From Geosiphon pyriformis uo1 (Eukaryota; Fungi; Glomeromycota): DNA of 64,000 bases. The position numbers and the translations under genes were made by a program. This document shows, piece after piece, positions 53,555-64,000 of this stretch (the first letter of the stretch is position 1; each line of letters opens with the position of its first letter). The notes under the pieces were generated by a model that saw only the letters and a program-made list of their open reading frames with translations, ran no database searches and had not been told where the DNA came from. The stretch covers positions 96,695-160,694 of the forward strand of contig JAAOMT010000304.1 in NCBI GenBank assembly GCA_016748015.1, in the 5' to 3' direction.

Positions 53555-54178
53555 TTATTACATGTATTAGCCACTGATGTCACATAATTAGCCACCCTAT
53601 TTTTAGATAGTGATCATTGACTTGATTGTTGACCTGGTTATTAACCATTTTCAATAGCTATATAAGTGATGAGTCTCTTAGCTGTAAAAAAGTATATAAG
53701 AATCAAAGAAAAAAAAGAAATAAAATAACAACTTTCATCTCAATCATTCTTTTATTGCTAATTTCTCTTTCCCTACTTTTAAGTATCTGAACATCTTAAA
53801 TGATAAAAGATTACTTGTTGGTTATTTTCTACTCTTTTCCTGAAACGTGTAATTACAGCATTTGAAGATTATTGAATAAAACATGACTGAAGAACACATT
53901 TAATACTTGATATTGAATTCTAAGAGCACTAACATAAGGCATAGAATTATATGAAGTATGATTATTTGTTGACAGTATGGACTATTCCTCTACCTTCAAA
54001 TTCCCCAATTATTCTTGAAAAAAATAGCAACTAAGATATTTTATAAGACTGATCTTGCATATTGAATCCATACTTATTCAATTCACTCTTTGAATTTGAA
54101 TTCTTTTTGATTATTTTCATCACCCTATAATTCTGTTCTCTCTTGCTATCCATTAGCTTGTTACTCCAACCCGTAACA
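53524..54178 (+). repeat. Element B 3' LTR (655 bp)
   Basis: Direct repeat of 35202-35952 with only 3 copies of the 12-bp unit. Confidence 0.93.
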
Positions 54179-54182
54179 ATAT

Positions 54183-54333
54183 GATCTGATTATCAAGTTA
54201 TTAATTAAATAATAATTTAGATAATTTGATAAAATAATAAGTAATAAATTAAAATAATAATATATACAAATTAATAATAAAAACTATAAGAATATTTTAT
54301 GATAAATAATATCTCAAATTTCAATTGGTAATA
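54183..54333 (-). repeat. Element A 5' LTR, right piece
   Basis: GTTATTAATTAAATAATAATTT...AATATCTCAAATTT...GGTAATA aligns with the right end of solo LTR D (43960-44101: GTTATTAATTAAATGATAATTT...AATATCTCTAATTT...AGTAACA). Confidence 0.75.
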
Positions 54334-55699
54334 TTATTTATGTTAATTTTGATTTATTATAAATTATTTAATTCAAATTTTTATAATATCTAAATCTTTT
54401 TTTGTTATTATACATATTAATCAACTAAAAAGTTAATATTATAAATAAAGTTTATAAAATATCTAACTATTTTAGCTTTGTAAATTAGAAAAGTAATATT
54501 GTTATTGTCTATTAAAGATATTTAATAAAAATATTTGTTGATTTTTAGCTTTTTTTCTAAAATTAAGTAATTTCATAAATCTATTTAAACTAAAAATTTA
54601 TTATAACTTATTCAAAAATAATATAAACTGAAATTTTTATTATGTTTTTAACTATTAAATAGAAATTAAACTTTTATTTAACAGATTTTTTATTTAAACT
54701 AAATTTAAATTAATATTAGTTTTTTTTAATTTAATATAACCAGATAATTTGCTATTTAGATTTTGTATTTTAGTATTATTATTAATTAATTAAAACTAAA
54801 TAAAAATTTTTTTTTATATTACATTTTTATTTTAAAAAAGTATAATTATAAGTTTAAAAACTAATATTTAATTATTTTGACTAAAAAAAAATTAATTTAA
54901 TCTAAATTATTTTATTAGTTATTATTTTTGAAATTTAAAAAAAACATTAAAAATTGTTATATTTTATAATATATGACTAATAATTTTACATAAATAAAAT
55001 CTTGATTTTAGAGTTTTTAATTGTATTAAAACTGCTATTATTAATTAAAACCGAATTAATACTAAGGTATTTAAAATTTTTAATTTGCTTAAACAGTTTA
55101 AACTAATAATTTTAAAAGTTATACTAGATTTATTATAAATATATTTATTAATTTTTTGAATTAATTTAACAGTTATATTTAATATTATATTATTTTTTAA
55201 AATCAAAAAACTATAAAACATAAATGAATCAGTTTCAATTTTTTGTCAAAAAATAAAATTTATGTTTATTATTATATTAATTTACAATCCTAATTTTTAA
55301 AAAAATTTTTAATTAAATTTTAAATATTATCTTTAAATAAAAATAAAAAAATTATGTTTTATTATTTAAAAATTGTTCAAATTGCGTTAAAAATTAACAA
55401 ATATTGTTTATAATATCATATTAAGTATTAAATTCAAAAGATAAAAACAATTTAATAATTTTTTTGTTTATAATATTATAAATAATTTTTAAATTTATAA
55501 ATTTTTTATAATTTGGTGCTTAATATAATTAATAATAGATCTGAAGATTTTTTTTTAAAATTTAGGTTAAAAATTTTTGTATAATAGATAAAAATTTAAT
55601 GTAATGATTAATAATACTTAGTATTTAATTTTTTTGTATAGTAATCAAATTATTTTGCTCTTTTAATAAGTAATTTTAATTCTTTTGACTATATTTTAT

Positions 55700-56306
55700 G
55701 TTTTTTTTTAACATTTTTTATTAAACAATTTTTAATATTATAATTTTAGTGTTTTTTTTAATCAATTAATAAACACAAAACATAACAAAAAATAAAATAA
55801 AAAATAAAATAAATATTAGTATTCTATTAATAATTATAATTAAGAATTATTGTTTTAGTATTGTTAATAATATTATGTTAATACTATTTGTATTAATAGA
55901 AAAATAATTGAATTTTAATAAGATAAATATAAACTTATAAAGTTGTAATTAGATAATATATTTTAATAAATTTTATTAAAATAATTATAAATTTCAAATA
56001 TTAAATTGCTAACTGTAAAAACTACATGATAAAATATAAATTAAATTTGTCTTTAATTTAACTTATCTATTTTTTTAGTTTTTAACACTACTGTTATATA
56101 TACATAAATTTTTATAATATAAAATTCTTGAAATTCCCAAATTTCTTTAAATTATTACTGAAATTCTTGATATTTCCGAAATTTTTGGCATTTTTGTTAA
56201 TATTCTTGAAATTTTTAATATTATATATTTTAATAATTTTATATTTTGCTATTGGCTATTTATATTATATTTTTCTATTATTATTTTTGTTTTACTTTAT
56301 GAGTAA
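55700..56306 (-). repeat. Decayed LTR related to the element-C LTR
   Basis: The reverse complement begins TATTACTCATA...TAGCCAAT, has GAATTTC repeats and ATGTATATATAACAGTAGT, and contains the AACAATAATTCTTAATTATAATTATT block, all in C-LTR order. Confidence 0.55.
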
Positions 56307-58049
56307 TAATGGTTTTTAAAAAGTTTTAAATTAATAAGCTATTATTCAATTATAAATTTCATTATTTTAACTTTCAAATTTAAAGATAATTTATTAAAAT
56401 AATTAAAAATATTATTTAATTTATATTGTCATTTTATATCTAAAATTGTTTTTAAAATAAGCTTAATTAAAAAAATATATAACATAAACTAAATAATTTT
56501 AACTTAATAATTAATAAAAAACCAATTTTTAAATTAAAAAAATAAATAAAATAAAATTTAATATTATAATAAGTTTAAATAATAAGCTAATAATAATAAT
56601 AATAATTTTATAAATTAATTTTAATTATAAAAATCAAAAAAATAAAATATGTAAAAATAAATAATAAAATACAATAAAATCTAATAAATAATTATTTTTT
56701 TTATTAAATTAATAATATTATTTAAAACTAAAATAGTTAATTTATATAATAATCAATAAAAACTATAAACCTCAATTATAATAATATTTTTTTTAAAAAA
56801 TTAAGCTTTTATAAAACAATATTATTTAATTAATTGTATTTTCTAATAAAATAATTTGTTAATATTTTTTGTTAATAAAATATATAAAAATTAAGATCAA
56901 ATAAGTTTTAAATTCAAAAAATTAAATTTTTATATAAAATTTTGACTTCTTTAATAATAGTTAAGATTTTTAAAATATCTAACCATATATAAACTAAATC
57001 ATTAATTATTTAAATACTACTTTAACTATTGAAAATCAAACCATAATAATTAATATAATATATATATATATTGTTTTTAAAACCAAAAAACAGTTATTAA
57101 AATAAATAAACTAATAATAAATTGAATAGTATATGATTAAATACACAATAATTAAACTAATATAATTTTTCAATACACTTGAAAAAATACTTAAATAATT
57201 TTTTTTATTAATAAAAACTTGTTATATAAAAAATAATTAAAACTTTAAAAGTGTTTAAAATTTTTAAAAAACAACTTTAAATATTTAAATAAAAATCTTA
57301 AAAAAATTATAAAAAATATTAAGAACGTTTTAAAATGTTTTGATTTATAAAATAATTGTTTATAAATATTAATAATATTTTAGTTTTTAAAATAATATAT
57401 TTATTTATTTTTGATTTTTTGTTAATTATTAAGCTAATATTATTACAACAGACAATTAATTAAATTATTTGTAATATTTTTTAAATCTAATATAATGTAC
57501 AAATTAATTATAAAAAATTGTTTTTTATTGGTTTACAAAATATATAATCTATTTTTTAATATTTTGTTTATAATAAAAGTTTTTTTTAATAATTAAAAAA
57601 CTTATTTATATATATTATTCTTATTTAAACAATATTTTAAAATTAAGTTAGAGAATTGCTAAATCGATTCATTTGCAATATGTAATATTAATATATATAT
57701 ATATATATATAGAAAATTAGTTTAATTAAAATAAAAAATAGCTTTTTCTTATATAATTGAATATAAATTATATATTTAATTTTTTATTATGTCTTAAATA
57801 ATTATAGTGTTTTATAATTAAAAACATTTTATTATGGACAGGTCTAAATATTATGGCCTTATTTCTTACAAATTTTATATTTGCATACTTGAATTTAAAA
57901 AGAAATATTTTCAAAAATTTCAAATTGGGATAAATTTCGTTAAATAAATGATTCTTGATAAGCAATATTTTGTTTAAAGTGACTTAAAACACTTAAAAGA
58001 CATTTTCGAGTTCGTTGATTAAAAGAATTTTTAATTACAAGAAATGTGG

Positions 58050-58560
58050 TAGAAATCTGAATTAATTGAGTCTATTTTTCGAAAATGTGTCTGTTCATTA
58101 TAAATAGTCTTTGAAATTGCATGTTGTTTAAAATTTTTCTGTCATAATGTTGTTTAAATTGTCTTTGACATAATACTTACACTTAACATTTATAAAACTA
58201 ATACTTTCTGTTTGGATTTAAGTTATTAAATAGTGGAATGTCTAGCAATATTATCAAATGGTTTATGATTATGTTCAACATTATAAACTGTTAAATACCA
58301 GTATTTATTAGCTTTGAGTAATCATCTATATACAGCAAAAAAGCAGTTTGTTAATCAAATTGCTGTTTTTTATTGTTGATCTTTTAATAAAAGTTTTTTA
58401 GAAGTATTATATTCATTTCTCCGATTATATTTGAAAATAATATAAGTATTATTAACAACAGAGTATTGTTTTGTAACTACATATTTTTGGGAGTATATAA
58501 AGGTGTTAAGACTTTGTATCATTATCTTACAAGAGTTATATAATGTTTTTGGAAGTGGTA
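58050..58560 (-). mobile_element. MULE transposase N-terminal (FAR1/WRKY-GCM1-like zinc finger) remnant
   Basis: YNRRNEY...KTAI*LTNCFF...WYLTVYNVEHNHKP...ARHS...KTIYNE matches the CDRGG.Y...T..RL..CPF...W......HNH pattern. Confidence 0.6.
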
Positions 58561-61500
58561 ACATTATATGTAATTTTATAAAAAAATGTAATTACTTGTA
58601 AAATCAAAAGAAAACTTATTTAATTTATTCTAAAGCTCTTTAATTATAAACTTATTAATATGTTTCTATATATAGTTGAATATAAAACTATGAAATAAAT
58701 AATATTACATATTGGGGATAAGTTGATTTAGCAAAAAAAGTAGATTAATTTAGCAATTTCCAAATAATATTAAAAATATTTTTAAAAAGAAGTTTTTCTC
58801 AAATTAAATTTAAAAAAATGATTCAACTAATTATTTATTTATTAAAAATTTAAAATAACTATATTAAATAGTAAAAAAAGCATTAAATAATTCTATAAAA
58901 TTTATTAACTTTTTAATACACTAGATTTGTTGAAAACTAAATATATTAATTAATTAATTAATTCAAGAATTATTTAATAAAAGCAGATATATGAACTATT
59001 TTATATTTTACTTTTCTGGAAACTTAAAATGCAATATATTCATCATTTTATTAGTGTTAATATTTGCTTTGTTTTCTAAATAATTAAATTGTAGTTTTCA
59101 ATTTTAGGTTTTTTATAATACATCTTAGCATTTGAGCTATTCAATAGATTGGAATTATAATACTTTTCAATAAACTTATTAATACAAGATGCAATAAAAA
59201 AGAAGATTATTTGAATTTTTTAATATTAAGAATAGCTATTATCAAAATAACATTATGAGAATAATCGTAAATAGAAAATATTTGTTTTGTCAATTTCTAT
59301 AATAATACACTTAAACTATAAATAATATCAACTATTGTGAACTTTTTTTCTTTTAAACTTTGTATAAAATTACTTTAAATATTATTTTGTTAAATATATT
59401 ATAGTAACTTTTATAAATACTAAGTCTGAACTTTTAAAAGCAAGCTTTTTTTTAATATAAAAATTTCTTTAAAGATGAGCTCCCTATTTTGATTGGGTAT
59501 CTGCAGCAAGAAAATAATAAGTTAATTTAATTATAATATTTTATTAACCATAAGTATTACTATATGTTTAACACTCTATTTTCTTGGTAATAACTCTTTT
59601 GAAAATACTTTTAAAGTTAAATCCAAAAAAAACGTTTTTGTTAGCATATTGAAAAAAATTATTAAGAAGAAAAGAGTGCTATTTTTAAAATATATTATGA
59701 TAAATAAAGTTGTAATTTAAAAAGTTTTAAGCTAATCAATAATTTTTAATATAACAAAAAATAATATATAATCGATTTGTTTATAAATTAGATTTAATTA
59801 AAATTTAATCTAGTATTATAGGAAAAATATTTTCAAAAAGAGAATAAAAAATTATATTATTCAGTATTTTATTAATATTATTTATATGAAATGTTCTAAA
59901 TAAACAAATAAACAAACAAATAAGCTTGATATATATAATTTTTTTTTATTGTATTTTTAAAAAAATATAAATAATCTATAAACTCTTTTATATCCTTAAA
60001 AATTCATAAAATAAGTTTTTTTTAATAATCAATATAATTCAAGATTGATTTTCAGAGAAAATTTAATATTATTACTGTAATTTATATTATATCAGTTTTT
60101 TATTTTTTGATACATAAAAACCATAGCAACAGCTGAATAACTTCTAAAGTAATAATTCAAAAGTATAAAAAATTAGATATAAACTAATATCTTTTTTATT
60201 ATGATTAATTGGATAATCAAATTCATATGCCACTAAAAATTAATCAAACCAATATTACAACTTAAAATATCAATTTTAACTAATAAATAAAGTGTTAATA
60301 GTTTTTTCAGATATTGCATTCATAATAAATACATTAAACTATCTTAATCTAAATAATATTGGTTCAACAATGCCTAGTTTACAAATTAAAGGTATTTAAA
60401 AAGAAATTAGTCTTAAATAAAAGTTTTTTTAAAGAAAAAATTTAATATATATATATATTTCAAATATTGTTTATTAGTGAGAATTTAATTTTATGAATAT
60501 TTACTAATTAAAAACTTTATAATCATAGCATTTTGCAAAACAAATAATTATTGCAACCATATTTAAATTTTTAATCAAATAAAATTTTGAGATAGTGATG
60601 CTTTTTTATTTATATTAGAAATTAATAAAAAAACAATGAGCTGTTAGAAATCTAAGACAAGTTTTAATTTATTTTAATGATAATATAAAGTTTTCTAAAG
60701 AATTTCTAATAAGGTAAAGAGTTTTGAAGAAATTATGAGAATTTATAGCAGAAAAAAATTAAATAATTAGCATGAGCAAATATTTTTTGATTATTGGATT
60801 AATTAATATAAATTAATAATTAATATTTTGGAATAGAACTTCATATATATTAATTTAAATTATATATTTATAATTTTTTTATTAATAACCATATTTCAAA
60901 TTAATATTAAAAAGAATATATTTAAAGTTTAGTAAGAAAATTATTTTTCATGAAAATTTTTAAGGAAACTGTTATCTTTTAAAGCGATATTTTCCAAATA
61001 TTCAAACTAAAATTTTTTTATCTTATTCTTTCAACTTTGAATTTTATATTATTACTGCTGCTAAAAGGCATTGTAAAAGTTTTCAAAGTTTAATTAACAA
61101 TTTAATAGAAATAAATTTATAATTAGATATGTATAAACCATTTTGTATATATTATTTTCTTAAAGTATAGGAGATTTTTTTCTATTTTCAAAGCAATAAT
61201 ACAACTTATTATTAATCATTTGTTAAATATTAATAAAATTTAAAAAAAAAACAAAAATTAAATGTAAAAATAGATGGAATTTTTTATTTATAAGCAAAAA
61301 TAACCAAAAAATTAAATTTTCAATAATATGAATTTTAATAATTTTAAACAAAATATATTATTACAAACATCTAAAACCAAATAAATTAAACATATATTTT
61401 TATATATTTAATTAAGATAACTAATTTTAACTTTTAAGTACTTATAAAAATTGCTAATTACAATTGGTTAAATAAACATATTTATTTTACAAAATTACAA

Positions 61501-61649
61501 GCTATCATTATTTATCTAAAATTCAAAAACAAGAAAAACCAATTACAAAAAATAAAAGTTATTTTTGGTAAAAAATATATTATTAAAATATTAAGCTTAC
61601 AAATAAATTTATATTTGCTAAAATACTTTCAAGCAAATAAAAATTCTTG

Positions 61650-62630
61650 CCTAAGAATAATCTCAAAAATTTTAGGTAAAGTATTAGGTTTAATGAAGAT
61701 AATGGTATTATTTTCTTTTTTTAATCCAATTATTAGAGAGTGCTACAGGAAAATATCGTGATCTTGCTGCTAAAATTTACAAATAAGCATAAATAGCTCT
61801 GATATTGGACGGTTCTCTAATATGTGTTCAAAAAGTTCACTAATAAATGTTTTTTGTATTAATTTTTTTTAATATATATAGTGATAGTAGAAAATAAACA
61901 AAAATTATTAGCATTTTAAAATAGTTTACAGCCAATTTTTGTTCCTTTGTGTATTGCCAAAACCATAGTTTTACAAGTTTTTTTATCATAAATTTTTAAT
62001 ATCTATGTTTCCATGACATAAACAGTACAGAGAAATATTTTAAACTTTTGCTTACTAGAAAGACCAAAAAAAACTTGTTTAATACTACTTTGATCTAAAA
62101 GAAAATACTAAAGAATTCACTAAAAACACTTTTTTTTAATGATTTATAATGTTACAGTAATAGTTTTATTATCTTTATTGTACACAAAAAATGTGCACCA
62201 ATATTTCAACATTCATATCCGTCCCGAACATATAATGTAAAAAGATGCCAATTATGTTTATTGGTTTTGTGTGTAAAATCTATTAGAGTTAACCATCTAT
62301 GACACCAAAGTTTTTGGGATGTATAAAAACAACGTCTTGGGTAAACTGCTGGAAAATACCTCAAAAACTGGTGAGAAATACAATACCATTTAGTATAATA
62401 TTTTTGATTACTTAGATATGATATAATCTCCAAAATGTCTTGTTCTAATTTAGTAATACCAATAAAATAAGTTTCTATAGGTCTACAAAGTTTATATTTG
62501 ATGTTTGCGACTTTTTTTTGTCTTAAATTTTGAGCAGAATTACCAAGACTTAATATATTAGCATATTTCTTGACAGTATTAACAATAAATACCAGAGAGT
62601 AATACTTAACTGCTTCTTCTTTGACCAAGG
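61650..62630 (-). mobile_element. MULE DDE transposase remnant
   Basis: ORF 62206-62628 ends LIDFTHKTNKHNWHLFTLYVRDGYEC, continuing *NIGAHFF...LDQSS...FLCTVYVM (D-x-T-H-K-T-N, second D, CxxH-like MULE motifs). Confidence 0.75.
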
Positions 62631-62661
62631 TTCAAAAAATTTCAGAGCATTTCAACTTGTT

Positions 62662-62705
62662 GTTAGGGTAAAGTTAGGGCTTATATAGGTGTTAGGCTTA
62701 GGAGT
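62662..62705 (+). repeat. Short cluster of degenerate TTAGGG-like repeats
   Basis: GTTAGGGTAAAGTTAGGG...GTTAGGCTTAGGAG, followed by short AAAACAC/GAAAATTTGTC repeats up to about 62880. Confidence 0.4.
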
Positions 62706-64000
62706 GTTTATTATTAAATTTAAAAACACGATTAAAACTCATCAAAAAGCAGTAAAACTCGTTAAAAAAACCGGTGTAAAGCTTATTGAAAAAAAAAGTG
62801 GAAATTTGTTGTGAAAATTTGTCAAAAAAAATGTGTGAAAATTTGTCAAATAAAAAACATGAAAAAAAACACGAAAAGCTCTTTAAAAAAATCAACCAAT
62901 AAAATACATGTTTTCATAAATCATTGATTAACCATATATCTCTCTTGTAATGTAATTATACATTAGCAATTGGCATTATGTAAAATATACTCTGCTTTAG
63001 CCTCCCTCTGTTTATGGATAATTGACTAAATAAAATAAAATAAAAGTATTTATTCTTAAAAATATCTAAAGACTAAAAATAATGAATAAAAGTAGAATGT
63101 AAATTAATATAATTGGTCTTAAAATCATTGTTAATTTTTTCAAAAAAATCCAAAAATAGAGAGAATAATTTGCAATTGGTAATAATAATAATACAGCTGT
63201 TATAATTTTAATATTTGTTTATTTAAAAAATTATAAGAGCAAGTTTCTTATTTTTCAAAAAATGTTAGATTAATTTCAATTGAATTATAGCTATTGATAT
63301 CTTAATTATTAAACTTAAATTGTTAAAGTTTAGCTCCAAAATTATTGGTTAAATTTTGAAATATTTTGATATAATTTTATACATGTATTTATTAATAATG
63401 GTTAAATACCGATATAAATTGTGTATTTTTTATAATTTTACTCAATTAAGACTATACTATACAAAATTACTTAGATTTAAACAAAAAAATAAGTTTAGTT
63501 AACTAAATTTAAAACATAAAATATGATATATATTGGCTTTTGCAAATTTATAAATTTTAAAAATATCGCATTTTTTAATCATTTTTAATCATTTTTTTAC
63601 AATTTGACAAAACAGTATTATTATTGAAAGTTAAATTGTTTTTTCTATTTTCTTTTTAATTTAATTAAAGCCACATTTATTTACAAAATATTATTATAAA
63701 TACATAAACTAATTTTCTTATCTTTAATCTAAATGATTTAATGAATAAAATAGATTTAAAAGTTAACAAAGAACTGTTTTTATAATACTCATAAACACAC
63801 AATTATATTATTTACATTAACAAATTTCTTTTTGTTTTTTAGTAATTAATAAATAAATATTTAAACTATTTTATTAAAATATTCTGGTCTATTTAAATAA
63901 CATAATTGTATATTCAAAATAAAGATTTGTTTACCTGGAACTTTAAAAGAGCCAAGTTAGCTTGGTACAAAGGTCGAGTAAGTTGAGCTCAAGCTGAATT

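Larger units (their letters stand above)
35202..54178 (+). mobile_element. Element B: full-length Ty3/Gypsy LTR retrotransposon (hosts element C), 4-bp TSD ATAT
   Basis: Paired LTRs 35202-35952 and 53524-54178 ending CCGTAACA. ATAT at 35198-35201 and 54179-54182. PBS, gag, PR, RT, RNase H, IN and PPT in Gypsy order. Confidence 0.93.

Noticed and set aside
63940-64000. GC-richer GAGCC/GAGCTC repeats at the window end, possibly a DNA-transposon terminus
   Set aside because: Cut off by the window edge; no partner terminus is visible.

Overview
Very AT-rich, repeat-saturated eukaryotic DNA with no intact host gene. The decayed protein sequences resemble those of Glomeromycotina fungi, possibly Geosiphon; this is inference from recognition, not from a search. 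The left part holds four decayed LINE copies (ORF1 with zinc knuckle; ORF2 APE-RT-RNase H), an N-gap with a duplicated flank, an intron-containing SAM + P-loop NTPase + restriction-endonuclease-fold (Crinkler-like) pseudogene, pogo-like and Tc1-like transposase relics and a 57-bp minisatellite. The centre (32.2-54.3 kb) is a four-level nest of Ty3/Gypsy LTR retrotransposons. Old minus-strand element A has its LTR split by full-length element B (35202-54178). B's gag is split by full-length element C (37044-48310). C's RT is split by solo LTR D (43121-44101), which belongs to the A family. B and C share an unusual organisation: a Cys-rich insert between protease and RT (plus a five-motif dUTPase in C), integrase in a separate frame after RNase H, an extra homologous ORF3 after integrase, a conserved 19-nt motif before the PPT, an elongator-tRNA-Met-like PBS and 4-bp TSDs. 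All repeats show heavy C>T/G>A hypermutation. The right end holds a decayed LTR and MULE transposase relics.
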